A program made the position numbers and the translations under genes. The notes under the pieces are model-generated. The model was given only the letters and a program-made list of their open reading frames with translations. It had not been told where the DNA came from and ran no database searches. DNA of 61,392 nucleotides, the filler included, from Choristocarpus tenellus KU-1152 (lineage: Eukaryota; Protista; Phaeophyceae), in the NCBI GenBank assembly GCA_964200185.2. It is 10 parts of 10 records of this genome, joined end to end, with 100 filler letters (N's around TTAATTAATTAA, not from the genome) between each part and the next. Parts side by side here need not be neighbours in the genome. Positions count along the whole stretch, not along the records: positions 20,892 to 27,426 come from CAXNAD020007915.1; positions 27,527 to 32,833 come from CAXNAD020011203.1; positions 32,934 to 38,760 come from CAXNAD020009656.1; 7 more parts are not named here. The stretch is one strand, 5' to 3'. Shown here in pieces: positions 24,959 to 38,860 of the stretch. How positions within the stretch are numbered: position 1 is the stretch's first letter; each line of letters opens with the position of its first letter.

Positions 24959-27900
24959 TGATTTCTAATGCGACCCATTAGCATTTCCATGTCATGGGCT
25001 TGGGAGCTGCTATTATGAAGTGTTTCTTTGTAGTCAATTGATGTGGAGTTGCAACCTTCCAACTCTGCTACGCCCAAGGTACATGTAAAGTATGTAAAAT
25101 AGTCCATACTTCACAGTGTGTACTCATAAGCAAATCACCTGAAGCTGTACTTTTCTTTGCCTTACATAAATGCAAACACAACTACACTCACCCACTGAAG
25201 GAGTATGCAGCTTTCCTGAAGGAGAAAGGAGCTCCTACGGAGCTCGAGGAAGAACTGCGGTCCAGGAAGTAAGTAGAACAACAGCCCAATCGCGAAAGGG
25301 GAAGGGTCCCATGGGAAAAACGCACGAAACCTGGAGAAATAGAAGCCCGAGAGGTTCGTATGTCAAATAAGTATTCAGAGTTTTATTGTAACTGTCATCT
25401 TAAAGTAGGGTGATGCTCCCAAGAACTCTTCAGAACGTTGAATACGTTCTAAGAGTCAACTGTTCGGAACTAAGTGGGTTGCTCTTGTCCATGAGGATAG
25501 TCTTTATCTAAACTGCTTCATCATCAACTATTGTACCTTTTCGTCAATATCTCAATCACTCTTACATAGGAGCAGTCCATTGGTCCTTTGGTGCTACTGC
25601 TTGATCCGATTTCTTTTATTTATTGCTCCAGACTCATAACGTATATATGAATATGTACCAAATATAGTGTGAACTCTCACACAAAGCATCAATACCACTA
25701 AACACAAATTGTTTTGACATCATATTGGTATATGCTACTTCAGTACTTCGATGATTATCAACATGCAATGGGGGATTGAATTGCATTTTGGTGTCGGTTA
25801 CCATATTGTTTGTAAGTGTATGTGGATTGTAGTCCAAGGGCTTCCCTGTTCTGATCATGCCCGTTTTTGTGCGACCCTATTTCCACCACAGAAGCGGTGT
25901 TTGAGGTGTGGCTGTGGTATTCTTACCCTATTCGGAAGCATATGTGTCAGTAGAAAATGGGGGCATTAAGACCATATCTGCATCATGATTTCGTTGTCGT
26001 TGCTACAACCAGAAAATGGTGTGGTGTGTCAGCGTCAGCTGTGCGTCACTGACAAGGCAACTAGATCATGTTTTACTAGCGGAGAACATATGAACGCTTT
26101 GGGTTGTAGAAACTAACCTTACTATGTAGTAGGTAGAATGTGCTTTTGGATAAACCCAGTCAACCCTGTCCTTGTAGTTGATGGGGGACAGTTCAACATG
26201 GTAGCAACAGAATCAATCTACAGGGCTCGATTCTCAACTTGCTAATAGTTGCACCCTTCTCTGTGTGTAGATGCTACCTTCCACGTCCAAAAGTTCGTCA
26301 ACAGATTAGTCCTATGTCAAATTTACTGTGAGTTGGAGTAAATGTATGTGAATCAAGTTGTAATTGAAGTGGAACTGTAGTAGGCCCATGTGGGTTTGTC
26401 AACCTCTTGATGGAAAAGCGAGATATGACCTGGTTGAAACGGAGTAGCATGCTAGGATCAGTTGAACTCAGTCTTTCGCGGAAATAAATTCTTACTCAAG
26501 ACGCACATGCTGACAAGGTGGGTAGGAACAGTCGCCCTTGGAGGTACGTGACGGATCGTTACAATCACAAGTAATGTTGCTGCTGCAGAGCAATGGTGAC
26601 ATGTTTCTATCTAGTATTGTCAAATCATCATTTGCGTATGTTTGATATCTCATCCATTCTATACAGCAATGTCCTCAGGATTTCCTTGTGTTCCCAGTAG
26701 CAAGTTTCGCAATGAACTTTCAAATAGCATGCGCTGATCCTCACCAAGAAATCCAATATCAAATCCCTATAAACAAATTAGTATCTTCAGTTTATGTCTT
26801 CACAATTTATTATCACGAGAATATTGCTATGTGCCAAGGTGACTTGTGTTCAATTATTGAATATAACGTCTAGAAGCAGAACGAAAAATGTACACCTATT
26901 ATTAATAAGAGAGTCCATATTATTGTATATAACACATGGAAGTACTGTTTCCAAGACCTGTGTGAACTTCATTGCATGTGTTGCAAAGGATTTTCACAAC
27001 AGAGACCAGGGGCTTCTTCCAAGTCTCAGTAACTTCCTAGTAGGCCTTTTGCTGACCTCACATATGTTCACTACGTGGTTGCATGGAACGCCATTTTACT
27101 ATGATCTTCTTCTCAATCTGTTGACGGTGCAGAATATTCCTCAAATTGATTTGCCCGAGGAAGCATCTTGCAGTTTTTGTTCGTAGGCTTGTGTAATGCA
27201 TGCAGTACTGGTGTATGATGGTGTGACTCTCTTGCCCTGCATAGGTTGCAAATGGGGACCATCTTTGAGGAGGTGGACACTTTCAGCAAAGCTTGTTTCC
27301 CCCTCTTTGCTACCACTCTACTGGTTTGTGCCCTTTCAGAGCCGCTCGAAATTTTTGTGCTTCCTTAGGCAACACTACTGTTAAAACATAGGCTACTCAT
27401 TTGTTTCCTGTTGATATGGTACACATNNNNNNNNNNNNNNNNNNNNNNNNNNNNNNNNNNNNNNNNNNNNTTAATTAATTAANNNNNNNNNNNNNNNNNN
27501 NNNNNNNNNNNNNNNNNNNNNNNNNNCCCCCCGCCTCCCACACCAAGAAGGAATGGTGTGTATCTTTTTTTTTTATCACCAAGATTTTCACCGTTTAGAG
27601 ACACTGAATATATGTATGTATTTCATGTTCTGTATAGTTGTTTGATTTGATTGCATTGACTGCTCAACTGAAACAAACAATTTGTGTTGTCACAGAAATA
27701 TTGTTTGTAGCACCACAATGGTGCCCTGGGGTCCCACTGGTTGTGAAGACCACAGACTTGAACACAACATCTGCTTTTTGATTTTTTTTGTAGATTGTGG
27801 TATTTTGCAGCATGACGATGGAAGTTGACATTCTGTGTTATCACCATGGAGTATATATTTTGATGTGTGTGCATTTCCATTAATATGTAACCTACAAAAT

Positions 27901-28599
27901 GTTCCCATGCAAATTTTGAATGAAATACCAAGACAAGCACAACAGAATTAATGGCGATAGGTTTCTGGTGTTTGATTACATATAATAGCTTAAGCTTTCA
28001 ATGTTGAAATGCTTTGAATATAGAAAGTACATTATGTTTTTGTTCAGCTTTTTGTACCAAGATGTTGTCACTCCTGCGGATTCCTACGATAAGTGTAATA
28101 TCATTCTTGTGAAGTTGTGCAGGGATATGTGTTCTTGTTATGGATTAATTTCTGTGTGTGTTTGAACTTTTCTTTTTTTTAATATAGAGATGATGTGTTT
28201 TTTTTCCGAGTGTTTTTTTATTGTTTCGATTTGTTCTAGATCAGATTTTGGACTATGATGTTGTACTACTACCTCTGTGCCATAAGTTTGTGCTGCGAAA
28301 TATCTGGGCTAACCGAACGAGAACGATGCCGAATTGGACAATAACCCCACAGAATGAAATAGGGTTGACAATCTCAGCTTTCGGAAAAGGTGGGGGTCGA
28401 GGATCATCAGATACAAACTGAAGGTACTTCAAGCCATCAAAGTACGGGCCTTCAGGGGTGATTTTGAGGCCAAAACTGGGCACGTCCAGGGTCAGAACGT
28501 CGGAATAGAACCCCCCATTGACCCCCCCAGCATAAGAAGGGTACTCAATTGTCCCTGAATACCAGGGTTGCGCTTGTAGTGCGGCATACCCTCGTGATG

Positions 28600-29450
28600 G
28601 TCCTTGGTGAGCATAAGCTGCCACAACATGTTGGTGCGGGCCTCGCAGCAGAGTCTGGAGTGTCCAGAGCGTTACATGCAAGGGCTCTTGGAGGACGTTG
28701 CCGATCAGCTCGCCTGTGGCAACACGCTTGACCTAGAGGTGGTGGCATTTAGTGGGCAGCCTTCGGAACTCACACCGACCAAGATGGCCATAATACATAT
28801 TATCAACTCCGATAATCGGTCATCCACTGTGGGTCAGGTGAAAATGAAGATGGCCGCCAAGGGGATGAATTATAGCACGAGCACCGTAAACAGGTGGATG
28901 ATCTGGGTGCCATGCTGAATCGCCGCTGGATCATTTGCATTTGCTCTGTAATCATACTTTGTCCAGTCCAACCCTCAGAGTTATTTGCTCTGTTGTGCCA
29001 GTTGTTCGGACATTGGCAATGATGAGGATCGTTTTCCCTCTCTATTGTTTGTTTCCCAGATAAGCCATTATAACTTGCATTTGAAAATGGGTTGATTTGA
29101 ATAGGGAGTAGCGTAGTTGAAGTTTGCCCATTTTTTTCTGATTATTACTGATGACGGTTTATCCCCTTATTCAATTTGTTGAAGGGGGCTTGATGAGTGA
29201 TGACTACAGATGGATCACAGTGTTTGGAAGGAGCAATGTTCTATACTATCCACATCTATCTGTTGATGAGGGCGGAAGTAGCATTTGACATCCCCCACAA
29301 CAAAGTGGAATGTTCAAGGGCTCCAGAGCACCATCTCTGAGTGATGTCAATTGTCAATATTCCTGGCTATTGTTCTCCTGTAGAAAGTTTTTGTCCTTCA
29401 CACCACGCCGATGACACCTCATTGTTAAGTTGTGGTTAACCTTGGTACAA
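28600..29450 (+). mobile_element. Degenerate Tc1/mariner-like transposase remnant
   Basis: HTH-like LAAESGVSR, linker SGQPSELT (GRPR-like), and a second HTH-like segment IINSDNRSSTVGQVKMKMAAKGMNYSTSTVNRW. Broken by stops and frameshifts. No clear DDE triad; ends approximate. Confidence 0.45.
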
Positions 29451-30024
29451 GACTCCCACAGGTGGTAGAGTTTCCTCATCTGTCAACTTTATTGGTACTT
29501 TTTTTTATTATTTCCTCTGCGCTTCATTTATACTTCTCCTGTACCTTTAATGAACTTCATACATTCGTGACATGTGTGTGATCTCTACCTCATATGTACT
29601 CAACCTGCACTTCATCTATGCCTCACCTTTTTCATTGATGATATTCTCTTGTGGTTTATATGCTTTTCAATCAGTACCTCAAATGCTACTCACATGTTCT
29701 TTCACTTATGCATATTCCCCCCCCCCCCCCCTAAATTTGTTTTTACAATTGTTTTTTGTTTTTGTCTTTCCTCTTTTTTTTTTTTATGTGTCAGTTTTTT
29801 NNNNNNNNNNTTTCTTGTGGTTTATTTTCTTTTTCAACAATACCCCCAATTCTACTCCCCTTTTTTTTCACTTTTTCCTATTCCCCCCCCCCCCCCCATT
29901 AATTTGTACTTACATGTGTACTTAGTTCTGTACTACCATCTTTACTTGATTGAGTACCTGCATTTGTCCCTATAACTGTACTTTTGTATGTATCTATATC
30001 TATACTTGCATTTGTGCATTTCAG

Positions 30025-31748
30025 GAACCAAAAGGAAAATACTTGGATGAGGAGTTTGTACGCATCATGTACAATGGCAGGGCCGTTAAACCTTCCTTCT
30101 GCCAGACAACAGAGTGTCCACTGCGCATTTTTACAGATTTTGTGAGGCAGTTTCTGGTACCTGAGGACATCAAGGTGAGCACATATGTTCAAATACCTCC
30201 CGTTCTCAGACCCTTACCTATCTGCCCTGCCTGCTACTAGTAGGGACTCCCTGATTTTGTGTGAATGGTGCCATCCCTTCACCTTCAAAACCGCTTTTGG
30301 GCTTATTCCGTATGCTTTCGATTTTTTGTCTGTAGGTGGCATCACTGTTTGGCCAATTCATGACATTTTTGAAGAGGAGTTCAGGTATTGTTCACTCTTG
30401 TACATTACTAAATGATTGATCAAGCATCAATTACTCTTTTGGACGTTCCACCTATTTCTAAGTGCTCATGACACATATCAGTTCAACCTTCTCAGAATCT
30501 CTAGGTCAGATGCAATAAGAAAAAGACTGCAGAAAAATGAAGTACATGATAGTAAAACTAAGCAAAGAAGTGGTGTATAGTTGGAACTGCCATTTGATTT
30601 GAAAGATGTGTACGTACACTTTATGAGAGTGGAATGAGAAATGGGTTCCGGGAAGTAGCAGGCTGCCATTTTTTTAGAGGATTCAGCAATTGGCCATGTC
30701 CAAGTATTTTGCGATTGGTGGGATGGTATGACAGTATGAGGTATGTCAATGGCAGCAGAGAGTATATCTGTGACATACGAACATTTAACACGTCATACAG
30801 TCATGGTCATTTTCTCACATTCATACTCTACCACTGACTATGCTGCAACCCTGGATCTGCAACCTAAGCCAAGAAGAGCAAATGGGATAGCTATGCATAT
30901 ACTACTGTATATACTTTGTTGAAAGAAAACGCTTGGAAAATAATGACTATAAAGTGAAGAGGATTATTTTATGTTGGGCAAGAACCACTCTTTTGGTGTA
31001 GGGGTGGAGGGCTGTTTGTGTATTTTGTGTGTGCTTTCTAGGTAGTTGGGTAGATGAAGTGCTTGTTGTGCCCTAAATTACAGAGCAACATGCTGTGCAA
31101 TCTCTGTAGTTATCTATATAGCCTATGGGGATATGTTAGAACTGTTCTGGTGACAAGAGCAACTATCTTATTTCTTCTCTGTCAAGTTTCTAATGTGCAT
31201 CAGGCTCCACCGTAAAACGATACAATGGTCTCCTCGAGTATGTACAATCGTGGAAGGGTTAGGGTTGAGGTTTGATAGCAGTCTTGAATTTCCGCCTCTA
31301 TATGTGTAGCCACAGTTACTAATACCATGTATGTATGTATGTATGTATGACAATACACTGAGTTGACAGCACCAATGTAAGTAGTGAGGAAGGCAGGAGG
31401 ATAAAAGAGGTTTAGTTCATCTTTGAAATAGAAGACGACATGGATGGAATATTTTCTAAAACCAGCAGACCCTTTTTCCTCAGCCCTCTCTCTTCCTTAC
31501 AAGAAGCGAGTTAACCGTATCCCTGGGCATGATATGATACACACACACACACACATATATATATATGTATATATTGTATATATTGTTTTGTTCATGTGCA
31601 GGAGGCATGTCGAAGGACTCGGCTGCCTAGTTCGTGTCCCCCAAACTTATATTTCGATGGCACCAACAGCAATACCTGTATGAGGACATCGCCCAACAAG
31701 TCCTCCGTGAAGCACTCTTCACTAGAGGAAGATGATGGAGTTCATTAG
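30025..31748 (+). CDS. Histidine acid phosphatase (branch 2) C-terminal exons, 5'-partial
   Basis: Exon 30025-30174 (EPKGKYLDEEFVRIMYNGRAVKPSFCQTTECPLRIFTDFVRQFLVPEDIK) splices to 31602-31748 (EACRRTRL...*). The VRxxYNG...C...CPL..F...C pattern is typical of acid phosphatase C-termini. The RHG motif is not in the contig. Confidence 0.7.
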
Positions 31749-33436
31749 TATCATTAGTGGGAATGAGGAAGGAGAGGGGGAAGGGGTACTTGTGGGAGGT
31801 AGACGCTTCTGTTTTTCCTTGAGTTAGTTGTCCATTGGGAGTGGACTTTCTTTTGGCATGGCTGGAGGGGCAAACCATTTCAGTGTACAGGAATCTCGTG
31901 GTCGTGGAGGGGGCAGCAGGGGGAGGGGTTGGTTGTGATTGGAGAGGTGATGGAGCAGGGTATAAAATAATGAGAAGTGGAAGAGTGGGAGTTTGGTAAG
32001 ACTGTGAGAGAAATCACTGTTGGTATAATTGTTCTAGCTCATACCACCAGTGGTATACATTGTTGTATCATACCCTCCCACCTACCCCCCCCATATTCAT
32101 TTGGCTACAATATCTGATTTCTGGAGAAAATTGGCAGGCCCAGCATGGACTTGAGCTCAATTTTATGGAGGATAAGGAAATTGTTATTTGTCAGTTTGGT
32201 TGGGATTGGCTCTCTTGTATTCTGTATTTTTTTGTCCAGCACTTTGTGCTTTCAAATGGCAGTGAGAATAGACGTTTATTGGTACGTTTCCTGTAATTAC
32301 TCTTCAGGATCTTTTTTTTCTTTGGGGGGGAGGGGGGGTTGTCGGCGGTACTGATTGTCATAGTAAATATCCACCCTGAGTGCTTCATTTGTCCTTGTAC
32401 TCTTGTACTTTAAAGTGTGACACCCTGTACATCTCCTTGTATGAAGTGTTTTTCTCTGAAATATGTTCCCAATTATTCATCTTCAGCAATCACCGATCAT
32501 TCTTTTGAAAAAAAAAATTGGTATTGATGGTATTAATTCGGTGGTCACCTGCTTAGTCAACACAGAGAGAATGTTTGTTCTGCACGATGTTGCTGCTGAA
32601 ACAAGAGCACACAACGTGAGTTGCCCTCTTACAGTGAATGGCTTCATCTTTTCTTGTTTCTTAGTTGCTGGCGGTGGAAAATACCTAGAGAGATGCCATA
32701 TATGTTATATACACATTTGCTATCACTAACCAAATAACACCTAACCCTTCCACTCTTTATAGCAAGTGTATTTATTACTTCCTCCAGTCAAGGGTCAAAG
32801 TATCTGGGGGAGGGTATCGGTGTCCGTTTTTCANNNNNNNNNNNNNNNNNNNNNNNNNNNNNNNNNNNNNNNNNNNNTTAATTAATTAANNNNNNNNNNN
32901 NNNNNNNNNNNNNNNNNNNNNNNNNNNNNNNNNCCCCCCCCAGATACTTTGACCCAGGTACATGAATAAAGGAGTAGATGTATGGGACTGAGCAAGTATG
33001 TAACTTCTCTCCTCTAGTGACATCCCAAGAATTCTGTGTGTAAAATAGTTACAATTAAATATGAAAACTCCACCTTTGATCTTTGCAGTCAACATGTCAG
33101 TCAGATATTCTCCAGCCTTCCTTGAGCAAAACATGAACACAAGAGCAGTGGTAAGTCTCAGATAATACAGGACATTGTACTTCTGGCAATGACAAAGAGC
33201 ACAAAAAAAGTGGAAATCAAAATTTGAGCCTCCAGCATGGTCCATCACTATGTGAGAGGCCTTTTGTCTCACTGTTCTACATGCCATTTGGTGCTTGTCG
33301 TGCACACAACAATCAAGGTAATTTCAAACTTCCTAGCCGATTTAATTCCAACTGTAAAAAATTTCAGCTTGGAACACCAATCATTTCAGAGTTTACAGTG
33401 TGCCAATTTGATGATTGCACATGCTCTCTGTAGTAC

Positions 33437-36400
33437 CTGCTGTCGAAGCCGCTCCAAGTGGCTCGACACTGCACTCACACTGCATTGCTGTACTGCCTCT
33501 GTGCTCCTCTCCTACCACGACAATATAATGTGTATGTGATAGAGAGGGTGTTTATGGTACATGGAATTGAGGCCTATGGAATTGTTATGCTTGGTATAGC
33601 ACTTGGAGATATACTGGTCATGTTTGGAAAGGATGCACAAAAGGACATAATCAGCAACTCCTATCTTCACATATCCTTCCCCTGCAGCAAATATTAGCAC
33701 ACAAATGATATTGGCTAGATACCAGTATCATGAAAAAGCCTCCATAATGTTGTGATGATTTCCATTCCATTATCAGGGATTTCAAGAAGTGGGAAGCCTG
33801 CGTGTCAAGCATCATAAGTGTACTCAAATCTGTGCCCAGAATTGTACAACAATTCGTTTCTCATGACAAGTTTTAGTTACAGTTTCAAACACCTTCACAA
33901 ATACTCTAAAATACTTTGACTCTCCACTTCTTCCTTTTGTGATAACTCTGAGAATCATGCCAAGATCAATGTTAAAGATAAAAAACATTGTTTATATAAA
34001 AAGAATAATGGGGGTAAGAGAGTAGATTTTGTGAAAGAAAGCATTTGCACCAATAGAAGAGCTATTGTGCCATGTATCACCTACAGGTTTAATTTATCCT
34101 AACATCTCCCTGGCCCTGTAAAGTCACATTGAAGGAATACTGTTACTCTTGATATAACATCACTCCCTTACCGCTTGCATACTGAACTGAGGAGGCAGGT
34201 GCACACCCAGCTCTTTCCTACAAGCTTCTAAGTCCATCCCAAGCTCATCTGCCTCTCTTCTTGTCTTGGCATGCCTGTAATGTTCATCATTCACACCATT
34301 CACACCAAAGGAATGATTTGGTGACAAAATACATGGCCCTCCACATCTTCATTTTCTCAAAAATTCACTAAAACCTGCTGGTATGGAACAAGCTATGAAA
34401 CAATCATACCCAGACAATACAGAAGTCCATTGACACTATTTCCACCCTCTCACCGTGCCTTCTCACCCTCCAGGTGTGCTGCCAGACTTCTGCTGCGTTT
34501 GGCCAGTTGAATCACTTTGAGGTCTCTGATGTCGATCGTCCCATTTACCACTCCACTTCCATCTCCTTCCCCCTGATGCATCACATTAAGGAAAACTTCA
34601 GGGTTGAGTCCTGGCACCGGCTCCAATGCCTCCATCATGACACCTAGCTCATGAACCTTTTACATGGAGGCATTTGATTACATTTGCAGCATTAGGTCAA
34701 CTAACAAAGAAAAAAGTTTCGAGACCTCATCGCATGTGTATTACCTAATACAGAATCCCTCTTGCCACTCTACCATGGTTGTTGAGTTTTTGTGCATAGG
34801 ATCTGGTGGTTTGAAGTACTACAGTTGTATCAGTTTATTTGATCTAGTTCAGATATTTCCTTCCCTCCATCAACTGGAAGGATAGAGGTATCAAGCACAC
34901 TATATTATACCCCAGTATGTGGGTGGAAGTGGTGCTTCAGTTCTGTAAGGGTACGAGTTTTTCCCTTTTTGTCCATTTGGGGCTTGGCTTCCCTCGGGGT
35001 TTTTTTATGACATTTTACCTACTCCAAAATGTTTCGGAGTAGGTAAAATGTATACATTATGAAAAGATGTGTCGAGAACATGAATATTGACGCTTCCTAA
35101 CAAACACAATGACCAAAATTACATCAAAATCGTAACATTGGATTTTGGCCCCAAAATGGACGCGGCTCTACCCTCTAAGATAATTTGGCTCTAAGTCTGT
35201 GACAAGCCAATAGCTGGTAGCCATTACATGGATTCCTTGAGTACTCAGCTTCTAATTGCTTTAAATCTATGATCACTCTCATTACCTTGGTTGAGAGGCT
35301 CAAAGTCTCTGGGGGGGGGTGGCAGCTGTCCATTTTGATCCCATTTTTTCATGTTGTGATTTTTGTGTGATTTGGTTCCATGCGTTCGATGGATAATATA
35401 AGTGCACTTTTCCTGGTCAGGGCCCAAATGGGTACCCTGGTGTAGTTCCCCCCCCCCCCTTTCCCCAGATAGTTTGAGCCAGTGTGCCCATACAATTCTG
35501 CACCTTCCTGCTCATTTTCATTGGACAAGTTGTCTGGAATAGAGTATGTCGTTCCAGTTATTGGAGATCGACCGCACAACTGGTTTGAGTCTTCAATCTA
35601 CCTACCTAAATATTCACAGGAAGGGTGCACAAATGGTTTTCCTGAGAGGAAACCAAAAGTCCTCAACTCTTTTTTTCATCAAGATGGACTCATTTACGGG
35701 TCCTTTCCTTCATGCCAAAATAGTGTGTGGAATAGTTTGGAGGTCCTTCCCAACTCCAGCAGGTAATGGTTACTCTTTCACTCTCTTGAGCTTACTGAGC
35801 AGATAATACCTCTAATCCGACTATTCTAATCTGACCTAACAGAAACAGTGTATATCCAACCTTGCTTTGCTGGAGTACGTTGCTTGTCTTACAAAAATGC
35901 ACTTGTAGATGGAAATCTGTCTATTGTTTTCCTTTGACAACTTCCTGTCAAGAGGTGGCATACATGAGTTGTATCATGGCCGTTTATTTTTCTAGCACCG
36001 AGGTGAGCACTGAAATGTAATATCCTTTTTGATACTTCCAGCTGTAACATTTCCCATTGGGCTAGGATCTATATCAGGAAATAGAAGGGAAAATAGTAAA
36101 TGGTAGAAATGCTAAGGTCTTGATCAACACTATAAATATTTTACTACTTACAAACAAATAGTCGATCCAAAAGTGATGAAAGCCAGACATCTTTGAGTCA
36201 AATATAATACATTTTTGTTGAGGACTAGAACTTGCAAAAAGTGTTTAGTGATTGTAAGTATGCATTTGGAACCTGAGTGGATTTCAACAAGTCACTCGTT
36301 TTCCGTTACTTTTTGGGAGAGAAACTTCAACGAAGTAGTATGCACGAAGGAAAGAGTCCCTCACAAAACATGTATTTTCCCTATATTTAGTGTTACGTTA

Positions 36401-37059
36401 CTTCAGCATTTGCGCTTCATGCGTTCATTATCTCAATACTGTTTCCTTGAACAACTAACCTGGCGACTCTTCCTCTCCAGAGCCTCAAGGAGATTTGCAT
36501 TTCGACTCCGAAGTTGCGCAAGGGCCGAGTCTGGGTTTACTTCACTTGAAATCATCTCTGCCTCCGATTGATCTTCCATAGACCTCTTGGTATTCTCCCC
36601 GCTATGTGATGCAACGTCTTTCTCGCCGTGGGAGTCCTTCCGAGTTCGGCTGGTTGGACGTCGATCTGTTGAATTGTTCGTTCGGAATCAAGAGTATATA
36701 TATTTGACGATGACCGAAGGAGTATGGATGGTGCAACGGACCCGTTTTGGGAAGCAATTGAACGAAAGGGTGAGCATGTGCACGACTCGAATCAATTTGC
36801 AGTGGTCAAACATGCCGAAAAGACAACATGTGAGTATATATGTAGGTCGACCACCCTACCAAGAGGACGCTATAAAAACCTATGTCTGGTTTCAGAAAAT
36901 ACATCTACCAATACACTTGCGCCTACCAAATGAATCATCTTCTGAGCTCGAAGAGTCGAAACCATCCAGATCGACACCGTACTTGGTAGCAAGCCGTTCT
37001 GCCTCGTCAAAACCTGAATCAGGAGACCCGAGGGGGGCTGCATAGACCGTGGTCTGCAT
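33437..37059 (-). CDS. CCDC13: Coiled-coil domain-containing protein 13-like (centriolar satellite/cilium), 3'-partial
   Basis: Phase-consistent exons 37059-36927, 36665-36460, 34656-34454, 34274-34172, 33511-33437. The motif MEALEPVPGL...DIRDLKVIQLAKRSRSLAAHLEGEKAR resembles the CCDC13 KIVELxKKNRxL block. Family assignment is from recall, not a search. Confidence 0.6.
34948..35191 (+). mobile_element. MITE family B copy (left TIR eroded)
   Basis: agggtacgag...gtccatttggggcttggcttccc...ggacgcggctctaccctctaagata, colinear with 57061-57319. Confidence 0.8.
35297..35480. mobile_element. MITE family A, full copy (in CCDC13-like intron)
   Basis: GGCTCAAAGTCTCTGGGG...CCCCAGATAGTTTGAGCC. Interior colinear with 24781-24958 (ggctgtccatt...ggataatataagtgc...cctggtcag). 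Confidence 0.8.
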
Positions 37060-38860
37060 GTTAATAGAAATAGTAAACAGGAGCTTCGTCCAGTGAACTT
37101 TTATAGGCAAGGCTTGAAGAGAAACGTCGCCCCAGGCCACCTCCGCGAGTCGTTCTGCGTACCTGCCGGGTGTACTGTTCGTCTCACAACTTCTGAGCCA
37201 AAAAATATTTCACAGCAAGATCATAAACTTACGCGATGCTGCAAGTATATCAATTGGCAGTTACACTTAATTCAAAATCAAGGGAGTAGAGAGGTATTAT
37301 GGTATTGTATACTAGTGTTGAAGAAAGGCTAGGACACCTGAAATTATTTTCCACCTGGTGAAAGAAAGCAACCACCAGAGTTAACAGTCCAAACTGCAAT
37401 TCACTCCCATAATATGCTTTATTGTTGTGGAAGAAATTGAAGAAATCTGTGTTTGTTTGGAGGTATATGGGAATTCAGAGACGTAGTAGGATGGAGAGTG
37501 GGGACAGAGTTGGTTGGGAAAAGAGGGTTGGTGGTTGGTAGTACATTTTGGAATAGTATAATAAATATACATATATATATTAATAGGAAGAAATAATGAA
37601 AAAAGAAAGTATCTACGTCCATTGTACTTGGTCATAACGTTCGTTGTCCAGGCATGTTTGCTCCATATTGGTAGGAGAACGTTTGGTGGGCATATTTGCT
37701 CTATGATGTCCGTTGCCCGCAACACCATTCACGATCAGGAACTTTCAGTCTACAACGCCGTTCGTTATTCGAGAAACGTTCGAGTCAATTTGCTCGTAAC
37801 ATCCATTGTCCAGATAACGCTTTGTGGTGAATGTATAAATGCTAAAATGTGAAGGAGTTGCGTCATGTGAGCATTATGTTTTCCTGAGGTGTGCAATGTT
37901 CACACTACCGATTGGTATTCATACAATGCCTAAATGCCACTTTTAGCTGGTTAGATACCTCTTCGTACTTGCTAAATATTGTGCTTTGACAGCAAAAAAA
38001 AAAATTCTTCCTGTTCTCTTTCGTTACTTCCCATATTAAGTGTCAGACCAACCCCTCATTCCATCCATGTACAGCAGTCATCAGTCTCAGGCAGCATAAT
38101 ATTAGTGTATGTCCTACTTTAAGAGGCATTTTGCGTTCTGACATAACATATGATAATAGTGTTGTACATGGAACCTATGATGTTGTGTATATTTTGGACT
38201 AGGGGTATTGCGATTCATGATATATTCGTTGTGCATCTTTTGGACTGAACTCAATGAGGTACAACAAACTGTGCTGTGCATGTTTAGAATGAGGTGTTGT
38301 GTAGTATCATACAAAATATACACATGTTTAGTACCTTTTGGACAGGGCATAGTATGAATGTTAAGTGTTGTGTGTGTAGTGTATGTTTTGTAGTGTGCAG
38401 TGTCATGTCATGCCTGTTTTGGAATTTAATTATTGTGGGCATAAAATAGGATCAAGTACGATGCTGTCCAAGGTATGCAAAGGCAGATTATTTAAATTCA
38501 TTACCCACTCCACCAGCTCCATTGGTTCTGTTGGAATATTGAAGCGAACAGATGTTTGCATTTTTGTGCTACTAGCTTTGTTTACTTTCTTCATAACCCC
38601 CCAAACTTTGTGCGACTTAATGGGTAGTGACAAACAATATCCTCTATAATATAGGCGTAGGTATTCAATGCCATTACCCATACACATAGGCTAGAGTTAT
38701 ATGTCGTCCTAGACCCATGTATGCACATTAGAGTCAAAGTATCTTGAGGGGGGGTGTCGGNNNNNNNNNNNNNNNNNNNNNNNNNNNNNNNNNNNNNNNN
38801 NNNNTTAATTAATTAANNNNNNNNNNNNNNNNNNNNNNNNNNNNNNNNNNNNNNNNNNNN

